The notes: generated by a model from the sequence alone, not told the origin. A DNA stretch of 36,519 bases from an uncultured Dehalococcoidales bacterium (GCA_964619115.1 CAZUEB010000003.1:2764-39282); one strand, 5' to 3'. Counted from the stretch's first letter, positions 1 to 8,000 are shown. Numbers and translations are program-made.

Positions 1-195
1 CAGGCCGAGCGCGAACAAGATTTCGGTATTGCTCGGTGACAGAGAGATTATTCTCTGGGGTATTTTTTCGATTGCTATGCTTCTGCCAAGGCCGTCAACT
101 ATATTGCCCGGCGTAGATTGTGCGGCACAACTGGGGCAAATAAGAAGCGCTAGTGCTAACAGGATAAGGAAGTATTTTGGAATATGTCGGCTCAT
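1..195 (-). CDS. ABC-transporter substrate-binding protein, BtuF/FepB-like (cobalamin/siderophore class); 5' part only, gene continues past the window start
   Basis: Absent from the ORF track because it is open at the window edge. Reverse-strand ATG at 195-193 is preceded by AGGGGA. Translation: MSRHIPKYFLILLALALLICPSCAAQSTPGNIVDGLGRSIAIEKIPQRIISLSPSNTEILFALGL. This is a signal peptide with a Cys lipobox-like site, followed by the RIxSLSPSxTExLxALG N-terminal signature of this binding-protein class. It lies directly downstream of a B12 riboswitch. Confidence 0.65.
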   Translation of the reverse strand, partial: MSRHIPKYFLILLALALLICPSCAAQSTPGNIVDGLGRSIAIEKIPQRIISLSPSNTEILFALGL

Positions 196-219
196 TATTT
201 TTCCCCTTTGCATCGATTG

Positions 220-277
220 CAAATTAAAATCCCCATGCTCCAGAAAGCAAGGGGATTAATTCTAAATAATAAATCCC
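220..277 (-). terminator. Riboswitch expression platform: intrinsic terminator plus a mutually exclusive alternative hairpin
   Basis: On the minus-strand transcript, AATCCCC (rc of 251-257) pairs with GGGGATT (rc of 228-234) and is followed by UUAAUUUG. The same 251-257 segment can instead pair with GGGAUU (rc of 272-277) further upstream. This gives a terminator/antiterminator choice between the aptamer and the ATG at 195. Confidence 0.5.
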
Positions 278-295
278 ACCCCCTTACTCCGCGGA

Positions 296-420
296 GGTAG
301 CCATACCTAGTAGGGCCGATGTTCTGACTTTTACAGCAGGCGGGACTGTGCCGGGATTACACCGGCTTGCATTCCAATTAAGCCCAAGATTGCCCCTGGG
401 CACCCTACCACAGCTATTCA
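296..420 (-). promoter_or_regulatory. Cobalamin (B12) riboswitch aptamer
   Basis: The reverse strand reads GGTAGGGTGCCCAGGGGCAATCTTGGGCTTAATTGGAATGCAAGCCGGTGTAATCCCGGCACAGTCCCGCCTGCTGTAAAAGTCAGAACATCGGCCCTACTAGG. It shows a closing helix GTAGGG/CCCTAC, a conserved core (GCCGGTGTAATCCCGGCAC, AGTCCCGC, CTGTAA) and a B12-box-like AAGTCAGAACATCGGCC. The downstream gene is a BtuF-like binding protein, a typical regulatory target. Confidence 0.75.
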
Positions 421-575
421 GTTTGTTAAAAGAATAGCTGGAAATCGGGCTAAAGTCAATAGGCTCAATATATCGAATGTGCCGGGCATACTATAAATCA
501 GCCTGGTTGATTACCGTTTCGTTGCTTTTTGGTGGTTTTGAATACGTCTTGATCGATGTATGCCTAGCGACCTGC

Positions 576-604
576 TTGACAAAGATCCGTTGTTCCTTTA
601 TTTT
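576..604 (+). promoter_or_regulatory. Sigma70-like promoter candidate for the kinase/regulator operon
   Basis: TTGACA (576-581), a 17-nt spacer, then TATTTT (599-604), about 22 nt upstream of the ATG at 627. Pattern match only. Confidence 0.3.
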
Positions 605-626
605 ATGAGTACTGAGGTACGAAGAG

Positions 627-2291
627 ATGGGTGGGCGGAGGACAAAGCCCCAACTTGCCTCTGGAGATGAGGCTCTAGGCTTAAGTCTGCAAGACCTGGT
701 TAACAGTCTGGAAGATGAACTTTTTATCGTAGATAATGAATATCATATCAAGTTCGTTAACTCAGCTATCATGCAGAGGTTAGGTGGACATGACGCTTCT
801 CCGGTTGGCAGACTGTGTTACGAGGTCTTTGAGGCTAGAGGTAGCCCCTGCGGTTCACCGTTGTGGTTATGCCCTATAAACAAAGTATTACACAGCGGTA
901 AGCCAATTGTAATCGTCCACCCCAAATACCCTATAAGCCCGGACATTGTTTCAAACGAGCACATTAGGATTGTTATGTATCCACTAAGAGATAACCGTGG
1001 CAATATTAGCACTATCGCTGAATTGAGACGAGACGTCACTGTAGAAAAGGAGATGGAGCATCAGGTTCTGAGACGTCATCATCATCTTCAAGCCTTAAGC
1101 CGCATCTCAAGCGCTACGAGCGGGTTACGGAATTTGAATAGTATCTTAAATGTATGCCTAGACATTGCTTTGGAGTCTGTCGATGGTGAAATAGGGGGTA
1201 TCCTACTTTTCGATGAACAAAAACAAAGGCTACGTTATCGTGTTTCTCGTGGTTTATCCGCCAAATATGTTGAGAAAATGCAGATGGCTCCGGGAGAAGG
1301 GATAGCGGGCAGAGTGGTTAAAATTGGGGAGCCTATCCTGGTGGAAGACATCTCAAAAGATACGCGTGTTGTTCATAAGGATTTGATCAGTACTGAGGGA
1401 CTTAAGGGATTTGCCAGCGTTCCATTAAAAGCGAAGGAAAAGGTTGTAGGTGTGATTAACATGGCGAGTCATATGCCATGCCGATTCAGGGAGGATGATA
1501 TCTATCTTTTAAACTCAATGGGTTGCCAGATAGGAATTGCAATTGAGCAGGCGAGACTCTATGACCGCCTGGCAAGTGCAGCGAGGAGGTACCAAACTCT
1601 TCTTCGACATGCTTTGACTGCCCAGGAGGATGAAAGAAAGAGAATCGCACGCGAGTTGCATGATGAGACAAGCCAGGCTATTACCAGCTTGACTCTCAGT
1701 CTACAAGCAATTATAGGGATGGCTGAGATAAAGGGTATTGCAGATAAAGACATTATAGAAAGGCTTAGCACAACGCATGCCTATACAGTTCATGCCGGCA
1801 ATGAAATAGTTAAACTTATGAAGGAACTCCGCCCCACACTATTGGATGAACTTGGAATGCCTGCAGCTATTCACCGCTATGCTAAAGATAATCTGCAAAC
1901 TCAAGGAATTGGTGTAGCCGCTGAATTTTTGGGTATGGATAGGCGTTTTCCCCCGGAGACTGAAGTGACACTTTTCCGTGTTGCCCAGGGACTTATAGGG
2001 AACATCTTGAAACATTCAGGTGCGAAAAATGTTGTAATTAAGCTAGAGTGTGATAACGCCAAATGTATATTAAAAATCAAAGATGACGGCAAGGGTTTTG
2101 ATGTTAGCAAGCTTACACGTGTAGACCCTAGTGGTCGGGGTGCGGGTCTATTCACTATGAAGGAGAGAGTGAAGTTAGCCGGAGGTAATTGTAAGATTGA
2201 ATCCCGGCCGGGACAAGGAACCAAGGTTACGGTGAATATCCCGCTCCCTGCGAGTGAGGTAGATGAAAAAGATAAAAGTCCTGATAGTTGA
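627..2291 (+). CDS. Sensor histidine kinase, PAS-GAF-HisKA_3-HATPase_c (NarX/DegS-type dimerisation domain), apparently cytoplasmic
   Basis: 554-aa ORF; ATG 627 with GAGG about 9 nt upstream. It has an N-terminal PAS-like segment with a Cys triad, then a GAF-like segment (GEGIAGRVVKIGEPILVEDI). The H-box ARELHDETSQ is typical of HisKA_3. ATPase boxes are GNILKHSGA, DDGKGFD and GRGAGLFTMKERV. No obvious N-terminal transmembrane helices. Confidence 0.9.
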   Translation: MGGRRTKPQLASGDEALGLSLQDLVNSLEDELFIVDNEYHIKFVNSAIMQRLGGHDASPVGRLCYEVFEARGSPCGSPLWLCPINKVLHSGKPIVIVHPKYPISPDIVSNEHIRIVMYPLRDNRGNISTIAELRRDVTVEKEMEHQVLRRHHHLQALSRISSATSGLRNLNSILNVCLDIALESVDGEIGGILLFDEQKQRLRYRVSRGLSAKYVEKMQMAPGEGIAGRVVKIGEPILVEDISKDTRVVHKDLISTEGLKGFASVPLKAKEKVVGVINMASHMPCRFREDDIYLLNSMGCQIGIAIEQARLYDRLASAARRYQTLLRHALTAQEDERKRIARELHDETSQAITSLTLSLQAIIGMAEIKGIADKDIIERLSTTHAYTVHAGNEIVKLMKELRPTLLDELGMPAAIHRYAKDNLQTQGIGVAAEFLGMDRRFPPETEVTLFRVAQGLIGNILKHSGAKNVVIKLECDNAKCILKIKDDGKGFDVSKLTRVDPSGRGAGLFTMKERVKLAGGNCKIESRPGQGTKVTVNIPLPASEVDEKDKSPDS

Positions 2292-2916
2292 TGACCACAC
2301 TCTCGTGAGAGATGGAATTCGGGCTTTACTAGGTCTAGTTGCCGATATAGAAGTAGTTGGTGAGGCAACGAATGGCAGGGACGCACTGGAAAAGGTCGAG
2401 CAGCTTGCTCCAGATGTGGTACTGATGGATCTGGCAATGCCTATTATGGGTGGGCTTGAGACGACACGGAGAATACGCAAGAAATATCCGGAGACGAAAG
2501 TGCTGGCACTAACCCAATATGATGATAGCGACTATGTGGTTCCTGTTATCGAAGCAGGAGCTCGTGGTTTTGTTACTAAGATGGCGGCGTTTTCAGAACT
2601 TGCCTCAGCTATTCAAGCCGTGTATAAAGGAGATTCTTATCTGTCGCCTTCGGCAGCAAAGGCACTTGTTCAGGAATATCAGCAAAAAACTACTGTAGAG
2701 GGGGACAAAGACCCTTATAATCAGTTGACAGACAGAGAGAGAGAAGTGCTTAAGCTTGTTGTTGAAGGATACACTGCTCGCGAAATAGCAGACATACTGG
2801 TCATCAGTCCTAAAACAGTGGAGTGGTATAAAACCAGCTTAATGAGTAAGATTAACATCCATAACAAAACTGACCTCATTAAGTTTGCCATACGCAAAGG
2901 AATTATAGCCGCGTGA
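2263..2916 (+). CDS. NarL/FixJ-family response regulator (REC + LuxR-type HTH)
   Basis: REC motifs: LIVDDH, acceptor VVLMDLAMP, KVLALTQY, GFVTK. C-terminal HTH: LTDREREVLKLVVEGYTAREIADILVISPKTVEWYKTSLMSKI. The ATG at 2263 overlaps the kinase 3' end by 29 nt. Confidence 0.92.
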   Translation: MKKIKVLIVDDHTLVRDGIRALLGLVADIEVVGEATNGRDALEKVEQLAPDVVLMDLAMPIMGGLETTRRIRKKYPETKVLALTQYDDSDYVVPVIEAGARGFVTKMAAFSELASAIQAVYKGDSYLSPSAAKALVQEYQQKTTVEGDKDPYNQLTDREREVLKLVVEGYTAREIADILVISPKTVEWYKTSLMSKINIHNKTDLIKFAIRKGIIAA

Positions 2917-3107
2917 TGACCCGGGCGAAGTTCATCCGCTAATCTTAAGACCTTCTGCCCTAGATTCTTCCCCGCAGAAATCAAGTGTTATTCCAGTAAT
3001 AATTCTGGGAATCAAGCCATGTTATCTTAGATATTTCCCTATTGTCGCTTAATTTATAACCATGTACTATTCTCGTAGATTTAGTAGTCCATGTTCAGGA
3101 AGAGCCC

Positions 3108-5231
3108 ATGTATCCATCTACAGCAAAAGACGCCAATAGATATCAGCCCAATGAAGTGACAAAATTATCTTTTGATCACAGCCTGGTCCCACCATGCCAG
3201 GCTGCCTGTCCATTACATATGGAAATACGTGAATATATTGATTTGGTTGCCCAGGGAAGGATTATGGAAGCTCTGCAAGTGATAAGAGATGGCAATCCAT
3301 TCCCCTCTATTTGTGCTTATGTTTGCACTCACCCATGTGAGGACGCTTGTAGACGTAGTCAGGTAGACAAGTCTGTTGCTATTCGTGCGCTGAAGAGGTT
3401 TGCAGTTGAATTTGGCGGTGATAGAAGAGTCCGTGCTGAGGCAGAAACTACACATAGCGATAGGGTAGCTATAGTAGGTTCTGGTCCGGCAGGGATGGCC
3501 TGTGCCTACTATTTGCGGAAATTGGGTTATCCTGTAACTGTCTTTGAGGCTCATTCGGGTGTAGGTGGCATGCTTCGGGTAGGTATTCCGCAGTATAGGC
3601 TTCCCCGTGAAGTATTGAATACAGAAGTGCAAAGATTGATGCAGATGGGCGTTGAAATAAGGACGAATACGCGTGTGGTCTCATTGGATCTGCTGTCTGA
3701 CATGGGCTATAAAGCCATCTTTATAACTATTGGTGCTCACCAAAGTCTTAGGATGGGCATAGAGGGTGAGGATGGCCCCGGTGTAATAGATGGTGCCACT
3801 TTCCTCCGCGAGGTGAATCTTGGTCTCAAACCATCTTTAGGTAAAAAAGTTGCAGTAGTGGGAGGTGGTAATGTAGCAGTTGATGCTGCGCGTACAGCTC
3901 TCCGTTTGGGCGCGCATAAAGTAAGTATTCTCTACCGCCGTAGCCGGACAGAAATGCCAGCAGATCCGGTAGAAATAGAGCAAGCCTTGGAAGAAGGGAT
4001 CGACATTCGCTTCTTGGTGGCGCCGGTTAAATTAAAAAGGCGTAATGGGCAGTTAAGTATAAGTTGTATAAAGATGGAACTTGGCGAGCCTGATGCTACC
4101 GGTAGACGGCAGCCTATGCCTATTAAGGGCAGCGAATTCAATAGGCAGGTAGATGTACTGATTACCGCTATTGGACAGGCACCTCAGACTCCAAGTGATT
4201 TCCGTCTGCGTATCGGCAGAGGGAGTACTATTCATGTTGACCCAGTCACTCTTACTACAAACAGAGTAGGAGTTTTTGCTGGTGGTGATGCTGTTACCGG
4301 GCCGGCGACGGTAACCGAAGCTTTGGCATCTGGTAGGCTGGCAGCTTTTCGTATTGATGATTATCTTCAGCATAGATATCCGCGAGTTGACAAGGAGATG
4401 CGAGCACATTTGGCAGGCGACTTGCTGCCTGAGACTATAGAGATGATCAGAAAAATAGGTCGGCTTGAGCCTCCGATTCTTCCGCCTGAATCAAGAATGG
4501 AAGATTTTAAGGCGGTGGAGTCGGTCTATGATTGGTCAACTGCTGTTAATGAGGCAAGAAGGTGTCTTCGGTGTGGTATGGGAGCTGAGATTGTGTCGCA
4601 AGACAAATGTGCTACCTGCCTGAATTGTATAAGAGTCTGCCCATATCATGTTCCACGTCTCGATGTTAACGGTGCAGTTCAGATACCAGTCGAACAATGC
4701 CTAGCTTGTGGTATATGTGTTGCGGAATGTCCGGCGAAAGCGATAATTTTACGGAAGCCATATGACCAGAGGCAGGTAACCGATGAATTACGTCATATAC
4801 TTAATTCCGCAGAGAAATCGAAATTCAGGCCGTTCATCGTCGGTTTTTGCTGTCAATATGGACTTTTTGGTACTGGCACTCTGGCAAACCTGTGGCGGGA
4901 AGCTAAAGCTGGCATATGGATAGTGCCTGTCTTGTGTGTGGCAAAAGTAGAAGCCGAACATATGTTATATCCCTTTGAGATGGGCGCAGAAGGAGTTTTC
5001 ATTGCTGGATGTGGGGAACAATGCGCCAGAGAGAATACGGCTTTGTGGATTAGTCAACGTATCGGTAAGGTTAGGAAGATGCTAGTTCAGATTGGTCTTG
5101 AGCCTGAGCGAATACGAGGTTTTATGTTGAGCTCTACTAATAAAGATATTGCTCAGGACCTGGATAAGTTCGTTGAACAAATAACCCGGTTATATTTGAC
5201 CTCGACAATAGTGGAGGAGGTGAAAAGTTGA
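3108..5231 (+). CDS. Fusion oxidoreductase: GltD/NfnB-like FeS + FAD/NAD(P)H module, 2x[4Fe-4S] ferredoxin domain, MvhD/FlpD-like domain
   Basis: 707 aa; AGGAAG lies upstream of the ATG. The N-terminal Cys-rich helical domain is CQAACPLH...CAYVCTHPCEDACRR. Dinucleotide folds are VAIVGSGPAGMACAYYL and VAVVGGGNVAVDAARTA, plus VFAGGDAV. Two ferredoxin motifs are CATCLNCIRVCP and CLACGICVAECP. The C-terminal MvhD-type motifs are VGFCCQYG, VLCVAKV and IAGCGEQCAREN. Confidence 0.85.
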   Translation: MYPSTAKDANRYQPNEVTKLSFDHSLVPPCQAACPLHMEIREYIDLVAQGRIMEALQVIRDGNPFPSICAYVCTHPCEDACRRSQVDKSVAIRALKRFAVEFGGDRRVRAEAETTHSDRVAIVGSGPAGMACAYYLRKLGYPVTVFEAHSGVGGMLRVGIPQYRLPREVLNTEVQRLMQMGVEIRTNTRVVSLDLLSDMGYKAIFITIGAHQSLRMGIEGEDGPGVIDGATFLREVNLGLKPSLGKKVAVVGGGNVAVDAARTALRLGAHKVSILYRRSRTEMPADPVEIEQALEEGIDIRFLVAPVKLKRRNGQLSISCIKMELGEPDATGRRQPMPIKGSEFNRQVDVLITAIGQAPQTPSDFRLRIGRGSTIHVDPVTLTTNRVGVFAGGDAVTGPATVTEALASGRLAAFRIDDYLQHRYPRVDKEMRAHLAGDLLPETIEMIRKIGRLEPPILPPESRMEDFKAVESVYDWSTAVNEARRCLRCGMGAEIVSQDKCATCLNCIRVCPYHVPRLDVNGAVQIPVEQCLACGICVAECPAKAIILRKPYDQRQVTDELRHILNSAEKSKFRPFIVGFCCQYGLFGTGTLANLWREAKAGIWIVPVLCVAKVEAEHMLYPFEMGAEGVFIAGCGEQCARENTALWISQRIGKVRKMLVQIGLEPERIRGFMLSSTNKDIAQDLDKFVEQITRLYLTSTIVEEVKS

Positions 5232-5911
5232 TAGTTGCGGAACAGAAGCCTCTTGAAGCAATCAGGCAAATGATTGCTCCCTACCATAGGGTGTTGATTC
5301 TTGGCTGCGGTACATGTATGACGGTTTGTGATGCTGGCGGCGAACGCGAAGTATCCTTTCTCCATAGCTCATTACGATTGATACAGGCAAAAAGCGGGGA
5401 AGAGCCACATATCTTTTCTGAGTATATTTTGAAAAGGCAGTGTGACCCTGAATTTATAGACCTTCTTGTTGATAAAGTCAGTGATGTGGATGCCATTCTT
5501 TCATTAGGTTGTGGTATAGGGGTGCAAGCCATAGCTGAACGTTTTACAGATATGCCAGTATTGCCTGGCGTTAATACTTCTTTTATGGGCATGGCTAAGG
5601 AGTGGGGGGTCTGGGACGAACGGTGCGCTGCTTGTGGAGATTGCAGACTGGAGGATACTGCCGGTATTTGCCCTATTACCAGGTGCACCAAGGGAATACT
5701 AAATGGGCCCTGCGCCGGTGCCAAAAATGGTAAATGTGAAGCAAGTAAAGACATGGAGTGCGCGTGGATTCTCATCTACAAGCGACTGGAGAGGCTGCAG
5801 CAGCTTGAGAAAATGCGCCGATATTACCCGCCGAGAAATTTCCGCGCTGTCCCGAGGCCAAGGAGGCTTGTTAAAAAAGTTAGTGTTGGTGCAGGAGAAA
5901 GTGATGGCTAA
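5228..5911 (+). CDS. metV: MetV, methylenetetrahydrofolate reductase C-terminal-domain (FeS/zinc-ribbon-like) subunit
   Basis: TTG start at 5228 overlaps the upstream TGA (TTGA) and is preceded by GGAGGAGGTG. Signature: CAACGDCRLEDTAGICPITRCTKGILNGPCAGAKNGKCEASKDMECAW. Confidence 0.8.
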   Translation: MIVAEQKPLEAIRQMIAPYHRVLILGCGTCMTVCDAGGEREVSFLHSSLRLIQAKSGEEPHIFSEYILKRQCDPEFIDLLVDKVSDVDAILSLGCGIGVQAIAERFTDMPVLPGVNTSFMGMAKEWGVWDERCAACGDCRLEDTAGICPITRCTKGILNGPCAGAKNGKCEASKDMECAWILIYKRLERLQQLEKMRRYYPPRNFRAVPRPRRLVKKVSVGAGESDG

Positions 5912-6806
5912 TTCATTGTTTGAGGAGAAGCTCTATTCTGGTACGTTCTTAGTGACGACGGAAGTTGGTCCACCCAAAGGGGTCGATGTGTCAGAATTAA
6001 TTCACCACGTAGAACTACTAAAAGATAAAGTTGATGCCATCAATGTTACTGACCATCAGAGTTCGGTTATGCGTTTTCCGTCGTTGGGTGGCTGTCTGTT
6101 GGTAAAAGAATTAGGTGGGGAGCCAATTCTGCAAGTAACCTGTCGTGATAGGAATCGCCTGGCTCTCCAAGCTGATCTTCTGTTTGCATACTCCAGGGAT
6201 GTTCGTAATGTCCTTTGTCTTACGGGTGATTCTATTGATGTAGGTGACCATAGGGAAGCCAAGCCTGTCTTTGACCTAGATTCAATACAGTTATTGAAAG
6301 CGATAAAAACTCTGGAATCTGGAACAGATATGGCGGGCAACGAGCTTAAAAGTGCTCCGAAATTTTGTGTGGGTGCCTCAGTACATCCTGAAGCAGATTT
6401 CATCGAACCTCAACTCGTTAAATTTGACAAGAAGGTCGCTGCGGGAGCTCAATTCTTTCAGACCCAGGGCATCTTCGACCTAGCAAGTCTTCGGCGGTTC
6501 ATGCAATATGCCTCACAGTTTAATGTGAAAATCCTGGCTGGAATTATAGTGCTGGCTTCCGCCAGAATGGCTCGATATATGAATGAAAATGTCCCTGGGA
6601 TAATTGTCTGCCAGGCTATTATAGACGAACTTGCTGCTGTGGAGAAAGGCAAGGGACTCCAAAAGGGGATAGAGATTGCTGCCCGCCTGATAAAGGCAAT
6701 AAGGGATGAAAGACTATGCCACGGTGTACATGTTATGGCTGTAGGTAATGAAGGTATTGTGCCTGAAATACTGGAGGCAGCCGAATTAGCTGGTGTCAGC
6801 CGATGA
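5904..6806 (+). CDS. metF: Methylenetetrahydrofolate reductase, acetogen-type MetF
   Basis: The track ORF (5703) overlaps metV out of frame. The internal ATG at 5904 (MANSLFEEKLYSG...) follows GGAGAA and overlaps the metV stop (ATGGCTAA). The sequence is MetF-like throughout: VTTEVGPPKG, INVTDHQ, VTCRDRN, LCLTGD, AGAQFFQTQ. Confidence 0.85.
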   Translation: MANSLFEEKLYSGTFLVTTEVGPPKGVDVSELIHHVELLKDKVDAINVTDHQSSVMRFPSLGGCLLVKELGGEPILQVTCRDRNRLALQADLLFAYSRDVRNVLCLTGDSIDVGDHREAKPVFDLDSIQLLKAIKTLESGTDMAGNELKSAPKFCVGASVHPEADFIEPQLVKFDKKVAAGAQFFQTQGIFDLASLRRFMQYASQFNVKILAGIIVLASARMARYMNENVPGIIVCQAIIDELAAVEKGKGLQKGIEIAARLIKAIRDERLCHGVHVMAVGNEGIVPEILEAAELAGVSR

Positions 6807-6875
6807 GATGATACTTTACTAAGGTGAATGCAGGATATAATGAGTGAGTTAATGAAAATTATGGAGGTAAGGAAG

Positions 6876-7664
6876 ATGGGAAACGGCGCAAAAATACTGA
6901 TTATAGATGATGAGCCCGATTTTGTAGAAGCCTTCCGGATGGTATTCGAAGCTAAATCATATCAAGTGGTCATAGCATCGAACAAAGCAGGGGCTCAGGA
7001 TGTGATGAGCACGAAGCCTGACATTATTGTCTTGGGCACCCTTGCCCCTGCGGGACAAGCCTTTGCGATGCACAACTGGTTAAAGCAGCATCCAGAATAC
7101 AAGGACATACCTTTAGTGGTGATTGATGCGAGCTATGAGGAGCGCCATATCAAAGGATGGAGAAGGTTTGAGGGCATACAAATCGAATGTGAATCTTACA
7201 TGACTAAGCCGATAGAGCCGGCTTCGATAGTGCCGAGAATTCAAAACCTGCTTGAAGAAGCAACCAGACCCAGAAAGATAAAGGTGCTCATAGTAGATGA
7301 CCATACAATGGTCAGGCATGGGATACGTGCTCTTCTCACAGTGCAAAAAGACATGGAAGTGATAGGTGAGGCTGTAAATGGTCAGGATGCGCTTGAACAG
7401 GTGCAACGCCTTTCCCCTAATGTTGCACTGATGGATATAGTCATGCCTGTCATGAGTGGACTGGAGGCGACAAGACTAATAAGTAGCGAATATCCTCTAA
7501 CAAGAGTTTTGATCCTGACTCAATATGATGAGGAAGAGAACATGCTTGTTGCCAAACAGGCAGGGGCGCACGGCTTTATACCTAAAAGGGCAGCAAGCTC
7601 TGAACTCGTGGATGGCATAAGGGCTGTAAATGAGGGGAAATATTCTCCGTGGTCATTATCTTAA
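6876..7664 (+). CDS. Tandem-receiver protein (pseudo-REC + NarL-type REC), no output domain
   Basis: The preferred start is ATG 6876 (GGAGGTAAGGAAG upstream); the track start is 6828. REC1 is KILIIDDE...PDIIVLG...YMTKP, with Gly where the phospho-acceptor Asp is expected. REC2 is KVLIVDDH...VALMDIVMP...VLILTQY...GFIPK, and by eye it closely resembles the REC of the regulator at 2263. The ORF stops where the LuxR HTH would begin. Confidence 0.8.
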   Translation: MGNGAKILIIDDEPDFVEAFRMVFEAKSYQVVIASNKAGAQDVMSTKPDIIVLGTLAPAGQAFAMHNWLKQHPEYKDIPLVVIDASYEERHIKGWRRFEGIQIECESYMTKPIEPASIVPRIQNLLEEATRPRKIKVLIVDDHTMVRHGIRALLTVQKDMEVIGEAVNGQDALEQVQRLSPNVALMDIVMPVMSGLEATRLISSEYPLTRVLILTQYDEEENMLVAKQAGAHGFIPKRAASSELVDGIRAVNEGKYSPWSLS

Positions 7665-7700
7665 AAATGTTAGGTGCGAGAGGACAATCAGGAGGGTAGA

Positions 7701-7967
7701 ATGCGACAAATATGTGAGACCTGTGTGTTCGCTAAGGATTTTACCGTGGGACCTGGCATATCAGGTTCACAAGAGGGTGTGGAGTGCGCTAATTTAGAGT
7801 TTGCCAAATATCTTGATAGGCTACAAAAAAGCAATTCTTACCAGAGAGAGTTCAATGAACGCGGCTTCGTAAAAGTATTTAGAGTAGAAGCCGTCGCCTC
7901 TGGTGAAAGCGAAGCATGTCAATTTTGGAGAGCTAAAAAATCGAAGCGTAAGAAACGCACAAAGTAA
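7701..7967 (+). CDS. Hypothetical small protein (about 88 aa), four Cys and a polybasic C-terminal tail
   Basis: ATG 7701 is preceded by GGAGGG. Sequence: MRQICETCVF...C...C...WRAKKSKRKKRTK. No family recognised. Coding status rests on ORF length, the RBS and tight spacing after the REC-REC gene. Confidence 0.4.
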   Translation: MRQICETCVFAKDFTVGPGISGSQEGVECANLEFAKYLDRLQKSNSYQREFNERGFVKVFRVEAVASGESEACQFWRAKKSKRKKRTK

Positions 7968-8000
7968 CTGAAAAATCTGTTTAATGACAGTATTTGCCTC

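Noticed and set aside
29-259. 76-aa plus-strand ORF at the window start
   Set aside because: It lies antisense to a well-supported minus-strand binding-protein N-terminus and the riboswitch expression platform. It has no RBS and no recognisable family.
5703-5903. Upstream extension of the metF ORF (track start at 5703)
   Set aside because: The extension overlaps metV out of frame and translates to low-complexity, non-homologous sequence. ATG 5904 has an RBS and gives a typical MetF N-terminus.
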